Shown here: positions 53,466 through 61,603 of the stretch, piece after piece
Position numbering within the stretch: the stretch's first letter is position 1
Layout: each line of letters begins with the position of its first letter
Sequence record: OQ921725.1
Length of the DNA stretch: 64,000 nucleotides
Direction: 5' to 3' (one strand)
The notes under the pieces: model-generated
What the model was told of the DNA's origin: nothing
What the model saw: only the letters and a program-made list of their open reading frames with translations
Database searches by the model: none
Translations under genes and position numbers: made by a program

Positions 53466-53810
53466 TCAGGACTGTTTGCCGAAGAGTCCGCCCCATGGGC
53501 CGTGCTTCTCGTGCAGCTCCCGGTCCAGTGCGTCGGATGCGAACTCCCACGCACTCAGGAAGTTCTTGATCCAGCCCTCGGTACGGCCGGACTCCTGCGC
53601 CATCAGCCGCTCGGTCTCCCCGCCCTCCGGGTCCCGCTCGTCATCGGGGATGTCGAGCGCGAGGTCGAGCGCCCGGTCCAGCAGATCCAGCAGGGCGTGA
53701 ACCTCGGGAACTGTGAGGCTGAAGAGCGGGGCCAGCCGCTGCTCGATGATCTCCTGCCGGGTCCCGGCGACCGATTCGCCGGGATCACAGGTGCAGCTCA
53801 GCTCAGCCAC
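53466..53810 (-). CDS. Hypothetical protein
   Basis: Coding bias. Confidence 0.65.
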   Translation of the reverse strand: MAELSCTCDPGESVAGTRQEIIEQRLAPLFSLTVPEVHALLDLLDRALDLALDIPDDERDPEGGETERLMAQESGRTEGWIKNFLSAWEFASDALDRELHEKHGPWGGLFGKQS

Positions 53811-54339
53811 GCTGGACCACCGTGCACCCGCACGGCGAGACCGTCGGGTTCGTGCAGACCTGGCGGTCCTTCTCGGCCAGGCCCCACGCGCCGGAGGCCG
53901 CCGTCCAGCCCCGCTCGTACACGGTCCCGGAGTCGTGCACCCGGTACATGTTGTTCGGGTGGTACGGCTTGACCAGGGAGTGGACGTAGATGTCCGACCC
54001 TCCCTTGTGTCCCAGCAGGGCGTCCCGGATCAGGCCGATGTCCATCTCGTCGAGCCACTTCAGCCGGTCGGCGGGCGACTTGCGGCCCTCGGTCAGCGTC
54101 TCGTACAGCTCGGTCACCCGGGCCTCGTCGCCGTCGATGTCGATCCACGCCTTGATCCCCCGGCTGCGGTCCTCCGGGAAGACGAAGTCGGAGATCCAGC
54201 AGGCGAGCTGGTCGTCGCCGTACTCGAACGCCTCGTGGTGCGGCGGGATCTTCTCCCCCTCGGCGATGCCGCGCAGGAAGTCGGCCAGCCGGGGCTCGCC
54301 CCAGATCCAGTGGATGATCCGTACCGTCGTCTCGTTCAT
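53803..54339 (-). CDS. Hypothetical protein
   Basis: RBS GAGGGAGAAG; 3' part of ORF 53803..55563. Confidence 0.7.
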   Translation of the reverse strand: MNETTVRIIHWIWGEPRLADFLRGIAEGEKIPPHHEAFEYGDDQLACWISDFVFPEDRSRGIKAWIDIDGDEARVTELYETLTEGRKSPADRLKWLDEMDIGLIRDALLGHKGGSDIYVHSLVKPYHPNNMYRVHDSGTVYERGWTAASGAWGLAEKDRQVCTNPTVSPCGCTVVQRG

Positions 54340-54353
54340 CTTCTCCCTCTCCT

Positions 54354-55325
54354 TCAGCCCTCGGCTCGGGCCTTGTCGACTTCCTTCACGGCCTTGTCCC
54401 GCAGCGGGACGATCACCGCTTCGATCTGCTCGGCGGTCGGTTCGGTACCGACCTCCAAACCGTTCTCCTTCCAGGCCACGGCCCGGCCCAGATGCTGGAT
54501 GTTCCGCTCGTGGGCGCCGTCGTCGTCGCCCCAGGCGTATGCGTACCAGCACTCCCGCTTCAGCTCGGAGCGGGCGGTGCGCAAGGTCTTCACGACCGAG
54601 CCCTTCTGCTTGCCGTCGCGGCCCATCTCGTCCCGCAGGGGCGTGCCGTCGGGCTGCGTGATCGCGTTCAGCGCGGCCTTGGCCTTCTTCTCCGCCCGGC
54701 GCTTGGCCTCCGCCTCCCTGGCCTCGGCCCGCTCGATCTCCTCGGAGGTCAGCATCACCGACTTGGGCACGGCCACGTTCTCGCCCTTGTCCCGCCGGGC
54801 AACCGGTGCGTCCGGGTAGCAGATGGTGCAGGCCCGCTCCCCGGCGGCCTCGACGATCTCGGCCATGATCTTCCCGGAGTAGTCGATCATCCAGGAGAAC
54901 CGGGTCGGGAACTCCCCCCGGTTGCACGACGAGCAGTTCATCGAGCTGTGCACGTGCCCGTCGGTGACCAGGTAGGCCCGGGACCATCCGCCCCGGCGGC
55001 CGAACTCGTTCTCCAGCTTGGCCAGTACGGTGCCGTCCAGTTCGGCAACTGCACCCTTCGCCCGGTTCACCCGGTCGAGCGCCTTGCGTCCCCGCTCGGT
55101 CCCGGCCGCCTTGTCCTGCACCTCCTGGTGACCCAGGCGCCACGTCTGTGCGCTGACCCGGCGGTCGCCCACGGCGTAGTGCACCTCGTTCCAGGCGGCG
55201 TACACGTCCTCCAGCAGCTCGTACCGCCGGTCCCAGACGGCGGCGAACAGCTCGTCCACCTCCGGCGGGGTCATGCCCTTGAGCTGCTGCGGGGTGGTCT
55301 GTTCGGCGTCCCTGATCGTCTTCAC
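54354..55325 (-). CDS. Metal-binding phage-type protein
   Basis: GHVHSSMNCSSC...ACTICYPDAP. Confidence 0.8.
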   Translation of the reverse strand: MKTIRDAEQTTPQQLKGMTPPEVDELFAAVWDRRYELLEDVYAAWNEVHYAVGDRRVSAQTWRLGHQEVQDKAAGTERGRKALDRVNRAKGAVAELDGTVLAKLENEFGRRGGWSRAYLVTDGHVHSSMNCSSCNRGEFPTRFSWMIDYSGKIMAEIVEAAGERACTICYPDAPVARRDKGENVAVPKSVMLTSEEIERAEAREAEAKRRAEKKAKAALNAITQPDGTPLRDEMGRDGKQKGSVVKTLRTARSELKRECWYAYAWGDDDGAHERNIQHLGRAVAWKENGLEVGTEPTAEQIEAVIVPLRDKAVKEVDKARAEG

Positions 55326-55400
55326 GCTTCTCTCTCCTTCCGTCCGGTGTGCACTGGGCGCCGGGAACCCGTGGACCCCCGGCGCCTCGAACGCACCGGC

Positions 55401-55844
55401 TCAGAACCGCTTGCCGTCCCAGTCGATGAACTTCTTCGGGTCGTACGACCGGATCCAGGCGAGTGCCGCCGCCTCGGCCACGGCCACGCGCTGCTCGTCC
55501 GTCCCGGGCCCGATGAACGAGTCCAGCGACTCGTACTTGATCTCCGACCAGGTCGGGTCCCACTCGTCGGCATCCCCGGCGGCGTCGTCGTCGATCTCGA
55601 ACCAGACCTGCGACTCGATCCCGAGGTTGCCCAGGTCCGGGCCGTAGCCCATGTGGACCTCGATCGATCCGACCTTCGCCTCGATCGGCCGCTCGGGGGC
55701 GTGGGCGTAGGCGTACACCGTGACCCGGGCGCCGGGGTAGTCCGGGTTCACGAACCGGACGCTGGCCGCCTTCCCGATCTGCGTGTCACCGCCCACGTCG
55801 CCGTCGTCCGACCAGACCTGACCGTGCTGCGTCCACTCACCCAT
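55401..55844 (-). CDS. Acidic hypothetical protein
   Basis: RBS GGAGAGG. Confidence 0.75.
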   Translation of the reverse strand: MGEWTQHGQVWSDDGDVGGDTQIGKAASVRFVNPDYPGARVTVYAYAHAPERPIEAKVGSIEVHMGYGPDLGNLGIESQVWFEIDDDAAGDADEWDPTWSEIKYESLDSFIGPGTDEQRVAVAEAAALAWIRSYDPKKFIDWDGKRF

Positions 55845-55872
55845 GATCTTCTGCCTCTCCGTCGTCCTGGTC

Positions 55873-56094
55873 TCAGTCCCGGGGGCCCGGCTGCTGCGGG
55901 ACCTTCGGCGTCTGCGGCGGGGGCGTCTGGGGCCCCGGCTGCTGCGGGATGCGGCCCGTGACGACGGGCGTGGCCAGCCGGTTCACGGTGCACGGGTTCG
56001 AGCACTGCGACGTGCACGAGTGGTTCCATTCGGCGCGGATCTCGATCGTCCCGTTCAGCTCCGGCGCCCGTTCCTTCGTGAGCGTGAGGGTCAC
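55873..56094 (-). CDS. Small protein with HSC...C...C and Pro/Gln tail
   Basis: RBS AAGGGAG. Confidence 0.65.
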   Translation of the reverse strand: MTLTLTKERAPELNGTIEIRAEWNHSCTSQCSNPCTVNRLATPVVTGRIPQQPGPQTPPPQTPKVPQQPGPRD

Positions 56095-56110
56095 GTCCCA
56101 CTCCCTTCTC

Positions 56111-56479
56111 TCAGTGCCTGACGGCCTCGGTCCAGCTCTCCCGGGTGCGGATCAGCGTCCCCTCCCGGTCGAACTGAAGAATGTCCACTTGGTTCTCGTT
56201 GAGGAACTTCCCGTCCAGGGAGTCCCGTACGGCGGTCGCCTTCCCGGCGACGATCTCCTCGCCGTCCTTCATGCGGATGGCCTCAACGAGGTACCGCATG
56301 GGGTAGTTCTCGGCAGCACCCGGAACCCCGCACATCCAGGTCCAGTGCAGCAGCGCCGCATGTGCGGCCCATGTCCCACTGGCCCCGTACCGGAAGGTGA
56401 TCAGCCCTTCCAGGGTCTGTGACCACGCCTCCCCGTGCCTCCGGGTGAACCGCACCCGCCAGACGTCCTGTTCGTGCAT
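56111..56479 (-). CDS. Hypothetical protein
   Basis: RBS AAGGGAG. Confidence 0.7.
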   Translation of the reverse strand: MHEQDVWRVRFTRRHGEAWSQTLEGLITFRYGASGTWAAHAALLHWTWMCGVPGAAENYPMRYLVEAIRMKDGEEIVAGKATAVRDSLDGKFLNENQVDILQFDREGTLIRTRESWTEAVRH

Positions 56480-56539
56480 GTCTCTCCCTTCCGGGGGGCG
56501 ACCGGTCTCCCGGCCGCCCCGAGCGGCGCCGTCGGCCCG

Positions 56540-56665
56540 CTACTTCTTGTCGGCGTCCATCTTCTGCGCGTTCTCCGGGGTGACCGCGATGGCCTCCGGC
56601 GGCGGCTGGTCGGCCGGGACCGGAACGTTGATCATGTCCGGCACCTCGGGCTTCTCCTGCGTCAT
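56540..56665 (-). CDS. 41-aa Pro-rich peptide (not in track)
   Basis: MTQEKPEVPDMINVPVPADQPPPE...; RBS GAGGGAG. Confidence 0.55.
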   Translation of the reverse strand: MTQEKPEVPDMINVPVPADQPPPEAIAVTPENAQKMDADKK

Positions 56666-56829
56666 GCTCTTCTCCCTCTTCCGAGTGCAGTTCTCTGTCA
56701 TCGGGATCGTGCTGTCGCTCGGCAGGTCAGCCGTTCAGCCTCCGCAGGATCTCGTCGGCCTCGCGGCCCGCCTTCTCCCACTCGTCCTCGCTCATCACGA
56801 TCACCTCCCTTCCGCTCACACCGCCCACG

Positions 56830-56881
56830 AGCGGCGCTCTCGGGCCCCCGGCCGAAGCCGGTTGCCCTGGGGCGCATCCCG
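56830..56881 (-). repeat. Intergenic hairpin module, copy A
   Basis: After stop: CGGGATGCGCCCCAGGGCAACCGGC-TTCG-GCCGGGGGCCC-GAGAGCGCCGCT. Confidence 0.6.
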
Positions 56882-57229
56882 TCAGGCCGGAGCGGAACCG
56901 CTGCGGATCAGGCTGGACACGAAGTCCAGCAGCTCGGCCGCGTCGGTCGGCAGCTCACCGCCCGGGGCCAGCTTCTTCAGCAGCTCGACCGCCAGGTGCT
57001 CGGCCTGGTCCCGGCGCAGGGCGGTCACCGGGGCCGTGGTCCCGTAGTAGCCGGGGTACGGGAACGCGAAGTCCCCACTCCGGCACAGGCCGCCGATGAT
57101 GATGTCGAAGCTGTGTCCCTGCATGCTCCGCTCGTTGCGCTGCCGGACGTGCCGCTCCGCCGCGTTCAGGTACTCCTCCGGCGTGGCCACCCACGCACGT
57201 CCCTCTTTCAGGCCCTCACTCGTCAGCAT
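56882..57229 (-). CDS. Hypothetical protein
   Basis: RBS GAGGGAG. Confidence 0.7.
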   Translation of the reverse strand: MLTSEGLKEGRAWVATPEEYLNAAERHVRQRNERSMQGHSFDIIIGGLCRSGDFAFPYPGYYGTTAPVTALRRDQAEHLAVELLKKLAPGGELPTDAAELLDFVSSLIRSGSAPA

Positions 57230-57256
57230 CTTCTCCCTCTCCGTCCCACTCGATCG

Positions 57257-57309
57257 AGCGGCACTCCCGGGTGACCGGCCGGAGCCGGTCACCCTAGGGC
57301 GCATCCCGT
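57257..57309 (-). repeat. Intergenic hairpin module, copy B
   Basis: ACGGGATGCGCCCTA-GGGTGACCGGC-TCCG-GCCGGTCACCC-GGGAGTGCCGCT. Confidence 0.65.
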
Positions 57310-57633
57310 TCAGAGGTTCGCACCGCACAGGTGGCACGCCTTGCCGTCACCGTGCGCACCCCGGCCGTGGCCGATCCCGAACCGGCTGACCGTCTTCTTC
57401 AGCCGTTCCTCCTTCACGCCGACCAGCGGGTTGTTCCCGACGCTGTACAGCGTGTACGCCACCAGGGCCGGGCCGCCGTCCTCGATCACGGCGTCGTACC
57501 CCCGCACGTAGCCGCTCAGGAACGGCAGGCGCAGGGCCGACGGAGATCCGGGGTCGATGTCGATCGTGACGTGGTCGCCGTCCTGGTAGGCCAGCTCCGT
57601 ACCGTCCGGCAGAGTCCAGTTGTTGCCGCTCAC
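57310..57633 (-). CDS. Hypothetical protein
   Basis: RBS GGAGGAGG. Confidence 0.7.
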   Translation of the reverse strand: MSGNNWTLPDGTELAYQDGDHVTIDIDPGSPSALRLPFLSGYVRGYDAVIEDGGPALVAYTLYSVGNNPLVGVKEERLKKTVSRFGIGHGRGAHGDGKACHLCGANL

Positions 57634-57938
57634 AGGGGGTCCTCCTCCACCGAAAGGCTGGTACCGAAGCTGATCGTGCACTCGTACGTGCCGGGGTCGC
57701 TCCAGTTCCCGGACTGCTCGAACTGGAGCACCAGGCCCGGCGCGTTCACCTCCTGACACAGGGCCTTCGCGTCGGCCATCGCCAGGGCACGGGCGCGAAC
57801 GGTCACGTACGTCCCCTCGTTCGGGCCGGTCACCTTGATGTCGAAGCCGAACCAGTACGGTCCGACGTGACCCGGCGGCCTGCCCCGCAGGACCCGGGTC
57901 ACCGTGAGCGGGGCGATCTCCCGCGTTTCCCGCTTCAC
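57630..57938 (-). CDS. Hypothetical protein
   Basis: GTGA overlap. Confidence 0.65.
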   Translation of the reverse strand: MKRETREIAPLTVTRVLRGRPPGHVGPYWFGFDIKVTGPNEGTYVTVRARALAMADAKALCQEVNAPGLVLQFEQSGNWSDPGTYECTISFGTSLSVEEDPL

Positions 57939-58525
57939 GCCTTGGCCTCCTCGGCGTACGGCTCGAACGCCTCGCGGGCCATCTCCTCGGCCGACTCCCG
58001 GCCGATGTAGCCCCAGCACGAGTCGACGTGCTCCCACTCGCGGGTCTCGTCGTCCAGCTCCGGGTCGTCGCGGTCCTCGGCATCCCGGGGGATGCGGGTC
58101 ACGTCCTTCTCGACGATGTGCCCGTACACCTCACCCTCGGCCCACTGCTGGTACTCGTTCTGCTCCACCTCGATGAGCTGGGCGGCCGACAGTGCCGTCT
58201 CGGCCAGCTTGTCGGGCATCACGTACCACAGCGACCAGGCGCCGTTGTGCGGCCGGTGCTCGACGACGGTGGCACCGTGGAAGATCCGGGCCCACCGGGT
58301 GAAGACCGGGACCGCGTCCACGTACCGGTCCTCGATCCGCTCCCAGCCCTCGGCCAGCGGGCCGCCGTCCTTGTCGACGTCGATGTACCGCTGACCCTTC
58401 GGCGTGATCACGTTCGTCAGGTTGCAGTCCTGCTCGGTACGCGGGTTGCAGTCCTGCGAGTCCTGCTGAACAACCAGGCGCACCCGGTACCGGCCCGCCG
58501 TCTCCAGCACGTCCATCTCGGTCAT
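57935..58525 (-). CDS. Acidic conserved phage/plasmid-type protein
   Basis: EYQQWAEGEVYG.IVE...DSCWGYIG motif. Confidence 0.8.
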   Translation of the reverse strand: MTEMDVLETAGRYRVRLVVQQDSQDCNPRTEQDCNLTNVITPKGQRYIDVDKDGGPLAEGWERIEDRYVDAVPVFTRWARIFHGATVVEHRPHNGAWSLWYVMPDKLAETALSAAQLIEVEQNEYQQWAEGEVYGHIVEKDVTRIPRDAEDRDDPELDDETREWEHVDSCWGYIGRESAEEMAREAFEPYAEEAKA

Positions 58526-58560
58526 CCCGTTCTCCTTCTCCGTTCCGGCATCGCCCGATC

Positions 58561-58613
58561 AGCGACACTCCCGGGTTCCCGGCGCTCGGCCGGGAACCCT
58601 AGGGCGTCTCCGC
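58561..58613 (-). repeat. Intergenic hairpin module, copy C
   Basis: GCGGAGACGCCCTA-GGGTTCCCGGC-CGAGC-GCCGGGAACCC-GGGAGTGTCGCT. Confidence 0.65.
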
Positions 58614-59171
58614 TCAGTTGAAGGGCGTCAGCTCCAGTCGCCCGTTCTCCACGACCAGGGGGCGCATCGGCTCCCGGTCGGCCTCGGGGTTGTGCCCCCG
58701 GTCCTCGCACTCGCAGCCCTCGCCGTGCGCGAGGAAGTCGCCGCACCCGTAGCACCAGATGCAGGACGACGGGTCGTCCAGCGGCTTGACTGTGATCCGG
58801 ACCGGCTCACCCTCGACCTCGACCACGAACCGGTCCCCGGCGAACACCTCGTCCCGGAGGATGCCGAGACCGAGGTTCAGGATGCGCTCCCGGCACTCGT
58901 CGAACCCGCAGCACTCGTACAGCGTGTGCGTGGAGCCGTTCGAGTAGATCTCGATCTGCACCTCTTCGCCGTTCTCGGTCTGCCGGGTCAGCTTCACGCC
59001 GTCCCGCCCGACCGGCACGGCGTCGTGCGGGTGCCGTCCCCGGCTCCCGTCCGGGTGCACGTGGACGACCTCGCCGCCCATGTCGTGCTCGACCGTGGCC
59101 AGTTCACCGTCCCCGATCTCGACCCGGTCACCCCGGTCGAACATCTGGATTCCGCGCAGCACCTGAGCCAT
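58614..59171 (-). CDS. SH3-like N-terminus and Cys-rich C-terminus, function unknown
   Basis: FDRGDRVEI...; ECC..C, CIWCYGC...H..GCEC. Confidence 0.7.
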   Translation of the reverse strand: MAQVLRGIQMFDRGDRVEIGDGELATVEHDMGGEVVHVHPDGSRGRHPHDAVPVGRDGVKLTRQTENGEEVQIEIYSNGSTHTLYECCGFDECRERILNLGLGILRDEVFAGDRFVVEVEGEPVRITVKPLDDPSSCIWCYGCGDFLAHGEGCECEDRGHNPEADREPMRPLVVENGRLELTPFN

Positions 59172-59172
59172 G

Positions 59173-59625
59173 TCACTTCTCCTCTTCCGTCACGTCCCAC
59201 GTGAGTAGGAACGTTGCGAACCGGGGGTTATCCGGTCCCTCGTACCGAGCGTTCTCCTTGTTCGCCCATCCGGTGCGCTCCACGGCGGCCGGTGCGTCCC
59301 GGAAGGACCACACCCCGTCGTACTCGCTCCCGCCCACGTCGTTGACCGTGGGCTTGGTCCAGATGGTGTACTCCGTGGCCGAACTGCACACGAAGGCGTA
59401 GGCCCCGGCGTCCGGGGCCCCGGTGCTCTCGTCGGCGGGGCGGATCTGCCGGGTGACCCGGTACAGCGTGTCCCCGGCGCGCTTGTCGCCCGCCACGGCC
59501 GCCTCCCGGCTCTCGTACACGAACGGGCCGATCATGTCGCCGTCCCGCCCCTGTGACAGGTGGACCAGACCCCAGGCCATCCCGGGGTTCGGGGCCCACG
59601 TGTACCGGATCAGTTCCCCTTGCAT
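59173..59625 (-). CDS. Hypothetical protein
   Basis: RBS GGGAG. Confidence 0.7.
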   Translation of the reverse strand: MQGELIRYTWAPNPGMAWGLVHLSQGRDGDMIGPFVYESREAAVAGDKRAGDTLYRVTRQIRPADESTGAPDAGAYAFVCSSATEYTIWTKPTVNDVGGSEYDGVWSFRDAPAAVERTGWANKENARYEGPDNPRFATFLLTWDVTEEEK

Positions 59626-59638
59626 CCCGCCGCTCCCG

Positions 59639-59989
59639 TCAGTAGCTGTAGCCCTCGATGGTGGCCCGCTCGTACGCGCCGCCGTCCGACCTGGTCCACG
59701 AGGACAGCTCGTCGGCGACGTACTCCGAGGCGTCGTTGAAGTTCTTCGGGAACCCCTCGCCGTCCAGGTCGCCGTTCGTGCTGATCACCGCGACGCTGCC
59801 GTTGTTGCCGCTCTCGTCGGTGAAGTCCCGGCCCTTCTCGGCCGCCGCCTTGATCTCGTCGGCGTGCTCGTCCCAGAAGTCGCGCCGGATGACCTCGATG
59901 TACTCCGTGTCGACGGTCCACACGGCCGCCCACGACTCCGTCAGGGCAACGCCGATCTCGTTCTCACCGTCGGTGACGTACGTCCCCAT
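59639..59989 (-). CDS. Acidic hypothetical protein
   Basis: RBS GAGGGAG. Confidence 0.75.
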   Translation of the reverse strand: MGTYVTDGENEIGVALTESWAAVWTVDTEYIEVIRRDFWDEHADEIKAAAEKGRDFTDESGNNGSVAVISTNGDLDGEGFPKNFNDASEYVADELSSWTRSDGGAYERATIEGYSY

Positions 59990-60074
59990 GCTCTTCTCCC
60001 TCTCCGATTCAACTCACCGTCCGACACGGCACGTCAGCGGCCGATCCCGGAGGACCGGCCGCTCCCGAACCCGT

Positions 60075-60086
60075 CGGCCTAGGCCA
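60075..60086. promoter_or_regulatory. Operator CGGCCTAGGCCA overlapping minus-strand -10 TAGTCT
   Basis: Repeat family. Confidence 0.7.
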
Positions 60087-60122
60087 GACTAGCGGCACCG
60101 TGCACGGGCCGCCACCCGGACA

Positions 60123-60395
60123 TCAGTTCCGTCCGGACTCGTACCACCCGAGCACCGTACGACTGCCGTCGTCCTGCTCGGTCTGACTCCACACGATCGA
60201 CACGGCGCCGATCTCCCGGCCGCTCGAACCGTCGGGGAGCTGCGCCCGCAGCGGACCGCCGCGCACGGTCATCCCGGCGCTCACGCACGGGGCCAGCTCC
60301 GAGGCGATGCGGATCTGCGTGATCGGCTCCGCCCGCACCTCCCACTCCTCGTTCAGCTTGTCGTACGACGTCGCCGGGTATCGCCCTGTGGTCAT
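60123..60395 (-). CDS. Hypothetical protein
   Basis: ATGA overlap. Confidence 0.65.
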   Translation of the reverse strand: MTTGRYPATSYDKLNEEWEVRAEPITQIRIASELAPCVSAGMTVRGGPLRAQLPDGSSGREIGAVSIVWSQTEQDDGSRTVLGWYESGRN

Positions 60396-60721
60396 CGGCC
60401 CCTCTTCTCGTTCAGCCATGCGGCGGGCGGCTGGAAGGTGTACGTGCGGCTGACGTACCGCACGCCCGCCGTGGTGCGGCTCGTCGTCCCGGTCGGCACG
60501 GTGTACCGCCGGGCGGTGAGCCCGTCGATCTCCATGCCGTCCCAGTTCAGGCGCATGGTCGGGAAGCTGCGCCCCTGACTGGACCACGGGCGCTTCGGCC
60601 GCAGGACCAGGCCGTCGGCGTCGATCTTCTCGATCTTGACGATGTCCCGGCTCTCCGAAGAGTGCATGTGGTCGGTGATGACCACGTTCCAGTCCTCGGC
60701 GACGTCCTCGGGCAGGTTCAC
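60392..60721 (-). CDS. Hypothetical protein
   Basis: GTGA overlap. Confidence 0.65.
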   Translation of the reverse strand: MNLPEDVAEDWNVVITDHMHSSESRDIVKIEKIDADGLVLRPKRPWSSQGRSFPTMRLNWDGMEIDGLTARRYTVPTGTTSRTTAGVRYVSRTYTFQPPAAWLNEKRGR

Positions 60722-61275
60722 GCCTTGTCTCCCTTCAGCACGTCGCGCTCGGCGACGTGGGCGTACGTGATGGCCGGGGGCTTGGCGTTGAAGTGGCGGA
60801 ACAGGTGGTCGTTCGACCGGGCGATGTACGCGTTCAGCGCCCGCTGCTCGTCGAAGGTGTACGTCCCGTTGCCCACCTCGCCGTACGGGTCGATGGTGTA
60901 GACCACGTACTCCCGCTTGTGGTCGGTCCACGCCAGGGCCGTGCCGATGCGGTGCTCCCCGCTGCCCCCACCGTGGGCGTACTGCACGGCCAGCACGATG
61001 GAGCCGACGCCGACGATGTCGCCGCACTTGACCGTGCGGTATCCGCGCTGCGAGTCGAGCACGGCGATCAGCTCGTCCCGCTCTTCGTCGTTCAGCACCA
61101 CGTGCTCGGTCTGCGTCCACGACGGGTGGCCCTCGTCGGGCACGGTCGCCTTGCCGATACGCAGCACGGCGTTCCCGGTGTTCGACTGCTCCACCGAACC
61201 GATCACGCTCGGGTTCGGCGCGTACTCCGACGGCCCCAGGGCCAGCCCCAGGATCCTCTTCAGCTTCTTGATCAC
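60718..61275 (-). CDS. Hypothetical protein
   Basis: RBS GGAAGGG. Confidence 0.7.
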   Translation of the reverse strand: MIKKLKRILGLALGPSEYAPNPSVIGSVEQSNTGNAVLRIGKATVPDEGHPSWTQTEHVVLNDEERDELIAVLDSQRGYRTVKCGDIVGVGSIVLAVQYAHGGGSGEHRIGTALAWTDHKREYVVYTIDPYGEVGNGTYTFDEQRALNAYIARSNDHLFRHFNAKPPAITYAHVAERDVLKGDKA

Positions 61276-61362
61276 GTCTTCGTCCCTTCCGTCCGTCACG
61301 TCCCACCGTGGGACACAGGCGCGCACGAGCCCCCTCCCGTGCGCCCCTGAATCACGCGGTGA

Positions 61363-61602
61363 TCAGCCCTCCGGGATCTCGATCCCGTGCTCCGTCAGCA
61401 GCGCCTCAAGGGTGGCGATCCGCGTGCGCGCGTTGCGCTCCCGGCGCCCGGCGTTGTCCCGGGCGTACGACTCGGCCACCAGCACGGCCACCTCGGGGTC
61501 GCAGTCCTCCAGGTCACCGGCCGTCAGGCCGACCTCCCGCTCGTACCCCGGGTTCTCCTCCCGGTACTTCATGTCCATCATGTCGTCGTAGCTGCCGTGC
61601 AC
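61363..61602 (-). CDS. Hypothetical acidic protein
   Basis: Coupling to upstream stop. Confidence 0.65.
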   Translation of the reverse strand: MHGSYDDMMDMKYREENPGYEREVGLTAGDLEDCDPEVAVLVAESYARDNAGRRERNARTRIATLEALLTEHGIEIPEG

Positions 61603-61603
61603 G

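Noticed and set aside
55880-55950. Direct repeat encoding PQQPGP twice; degenerate GAACCC repeats at 63318-63357
   Set aside because: Short low-complexity duplications, not an array
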